A DNA stretch of 64,000 nucleotides from the NCBI GenBank assembly GCA_043228905.1, contig JBHGNT010000009.1, forward strand, positions 15,748,001 through 15,812,000. The letters are read 5' to 3'. The stretch is from Azolla caroliniana (lineage: Eukaryota; Plantae; Polypodiophyta). The notes under the pieces were generated by a model. The model did not search any database. It was not told where the DNA came from and was given only the letters and a program-made list of their open reading frames with translations. The translations under genes and the position numbers were made by a program. This document shows, one piece after another, positions 61,242 through 64,000 of the stretch. Numbering within the stretch: the first letter of the stretch is position 1; each line of letters begins with the position of its first letter.

Positions 61242-64000
61242 TTACTTTTCTTCCGATTCAGTCTTGAATGGATTTCCCAGCATTTCTCCATGATATGGCT
61301 TAAGCCGGAAACCATTGACCCATTTCGGCAAAATCTCACCTGATAGAGTTCCCAGTTGATACATACCATTTTTGTTGTTCACGATCCACACTGGTCCTAT
61401 CCTTCGATACCTAAGTTTACCTAGCATAGCCCCCCATCCTGGTCTGGAAAACAAGTATCGGTTTCCCGATTCCGAATTGAGTTTCGTCTTTCGTCGGTGT
61501 CGATTTACAAATGCCTTCGTTTGCCTCTGCTTGTGCTCCAAAGCTGACATAGCTTGTATTTGGTCTTCTTCTAACAGCAATAAAGATTCCTTCCGAATTT
61601 GCTCCGATTGTAGTTCATTTAATTTTTCGGTTGCTTGTATTCAGAGTGTCGGAATCTGGAATTCGATTGGCATAACTACCTCCAATCCGAAAGCCATTCG
61701 GAAGAGTGTTGATTTAATAGATGTTTTGTACGACGTGCGATATGCCCATAAAGCACTATGCAACTTTTGATCCCAGTCCATACGATTCTCATTTACTATC
61801 TTTTTGAGTATCGTCTGGAGGGTTTTGTTTGTCGACTCCGCCAATCCATTCGCTTGTGGATAGTAAGGCGTGCTTTTCTTATGAACCACTACATAGTATG
61901 TAGACAATTCATGAACAAGCTTGTTAATGAAATGCATGCCTTGATCGCTCACTAATTCTATTGGGCAGCTGAATCTACACCATATACTTTCGTACAAAAA
62001 TTTTGTTGTTGAAGCTGTCGTATTATCCCTAAGAGCTTTAGCTTCTACCCACTTCGTGCAGTAGTCAGTGGCAACTATAATATAGCGATTGCATGTTCTT
62101 ACTACTGCCGGTTTGAATGGGCCGACAAAATCCAAACCCCATTTCTGGAAAGGTTCAAGAGGTCACACAGGTTGAAACGACATCCTGTCCTTTTCTGTTG
62201 GTTGTCCCATACGTTGGCATAAATCACATTTCCGACAATATTCGACTGCACCCTTCATCACTGTCGGCCACCATAAGCCACTGTTCCATATTTTTCTGGT
62301 CGTGATTTCTCCAGCATAGTGCCCTCCTGCAATTCCATAGTGCGATTCCCGAAGAATGACCGATTTTTCAAATTGTCGTACTGCTCTTCTCCAAATACCA
62401 TCTGCTCCTTTATGATACAAAGTGTCGTTCAAAAGACAAAAATTACGACTCCGTACCGCCAACCTTTTCCTTTCATCTGTCAATAGATGTTTGCGTGGTA
62501 TCCCTATTGTAAGAAAGATTGTCATCTCTGAGATCCAAGCATCCTCACTTTCTTCGTTTATCTCCTGTGCATTTACTACTTCCACTCGAAAAAGTTGGGC
62601 ATCCGGAAAATCATCTTTGACACCTGTGCCTTCTTCTCCTGACTCCAGTCGACTAAGATAATCGACCACTGCATGTTGTACTCTTGGCCGATGTAAAATG
62701 TCGAATTTGAATTCTTGGAGTAGAAGAGTCCATCTTGCTAACTTACCAGTTAACTCTTGTTTTGAGACCAAATAAAGAAGAGCCGAATGATCAACATGAA
62801 ATGTAAACTTTTTCCCCAAAAGATAGTGTCGAAATTTATTGACACTATAGATCATTCCTAAAGCTTCCCTCTCACTTGTAGAATAGTTTCTCTCCACTGT
62901 CGAGAGTTTCCGACTAGCATAGTACACTGGCCTGTACCAATTTGGTTCGGTCAACTGCATTAATGCACTTCCGATTGCGATGTCCAATGCGTCGACAAAG
63001 ACATGGAATGGCTTATTCCAATTAGGTGGTTGAACCATTGGAACTTTGGACAACATTTTCTTGAGACAATCATATGCATCCTGTTCCACACTTGTCCACT
63101 GAAAAGGAACTTTGTGCACTGCTATATGTAAGGGAATGGCGATATCCACAAGATATCTTATCATTCTGTTGTGCCATCTAATCTGACCTAAAAACCGACT
63201 GAGAGCTTTAGCATTTGTGGGTGTCGGAGCTTCCAGTATGGCGTTAACCTTGTCTGTGTCCACTGCAATTCCTTTTTGACTGACAATATGGCCTAATAAT
63301 GTGCCACTAGTGACCCCAAATGCACATTTTGCCAGATTTAAACTAAGCCGACCTTTCCGACATTTCTCCAAACATAGTCATAAATGCTCAAAATGTTTGG
63401 TTTTCCGACTATAAACAGCAAAATCATCCAAAAAGACTTGCATAAATGCAAGAATGTAATCCCCAAATATTTCCTGTATCACTCTTTGGAATGTCGTCGG
63501 AGCGGTCTTCAAGCCAAACGTCATTACTACTGCTACAAACACTCCCCATTCTGTAACAAAAGCTGTCTTTTCTTGATCTTCTAGATTCATCCGAACCTGA
63601 TTATAACCACTAAAACCATCTAGGAAACTATAGACTTCATGACCAGCTACCGCATCCAATATACCATCCGTAAATGGTAATGGGAACGCATCCGTAATGG
63701 TAGCCGCATTCAATTTTCGATAGTCGACACATACCCGAATCTTGCCATTCTTTTTCGGAACTACTACGATTGGACTTAACCATGTCTATTTTTTCACCGG
63801 ACGAATAAACCCTACTTTCAAAAGTTTATCTATTTCTTCTTTTACTTTAATAGCATAATTAGGATTTAATCAGTACCTGCGTTGTTGAACTAGCTTTGCA
63901 TCCTTATGCAGGTTGATTTGATGTTGATAGAAAGCTAGGTCAAGTCCCTTCATATCTTCAATAGACCATGCAAAGACATCCATATATGGCGTCAAGGCTT
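61242..64000 (-). pseudogene. pol: P1 pol (RT-RH-IN) with in-frame stops
   Basis: ORFs 63378-63713, 62163-63371, 61641-62135 and 61242-61580 are colinear. Confidence 0.9.

Larger units (their letters stand above)
57763..64000 (-). mobile_element. P1: non-chromovirus Gypsy (Phygy-like), running off the right edge; 3' LTR ~57763-58252
   Basis: [50 protein letters not shown]; PPT AGGAGTGAAGGGG. Confidence 0.85.

Overview
Eukaryotic, gene-free heterochromatin-like window made almost entirely of nested LTR retrotransposons. The mix of Tcn1-like chromoviruses, Bryco-like and Tnt1/Tork-like Copia, a Phygy-like Gypsy and CG/CHG-type C>T decay suggests a non-seed land plant, probably a moss (inference). 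I use working names. Tcn1-like T0 (48676-56338, -) was hit by Copia C0, by chromovirus T2 (50181-55961) and by T3 (56339-57762), and T3 was hit by P1 (57763-64000). C0 was hit by Copia C2 (42329-47670) and by tRNA-Trp-primed Gypsy G0. G0 was hit by Copia C1 (31586-37013), non-autonomous G3 (26574-30788), chromovirus T1 (21495-26222) and G1 (6770-20847), and G1 was hit by G2 (12221-19438). A ~3.8 kb inversion (~2748-6587) flipped the 3' end of G0 and part of C0. The most striking signal is a tRNA-like Pol III promoter module (A box and B box 43-44 nt apart) carried antisense in U3 of five different LTR types from two Gypsy lineages, with heat-shock-element arrays beside it in the chromovirus LTRs. 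Other highlights are CpG-centred 4-bp target sites of the Trp-primed family, self-priming chromoviruses, two -1 frameshift pseudoknots, and opposite CpG versus CWG depletion in neighbouring elements. All coordinates and counts were read by eye and lineage names come from recalled motifs, not from searches.
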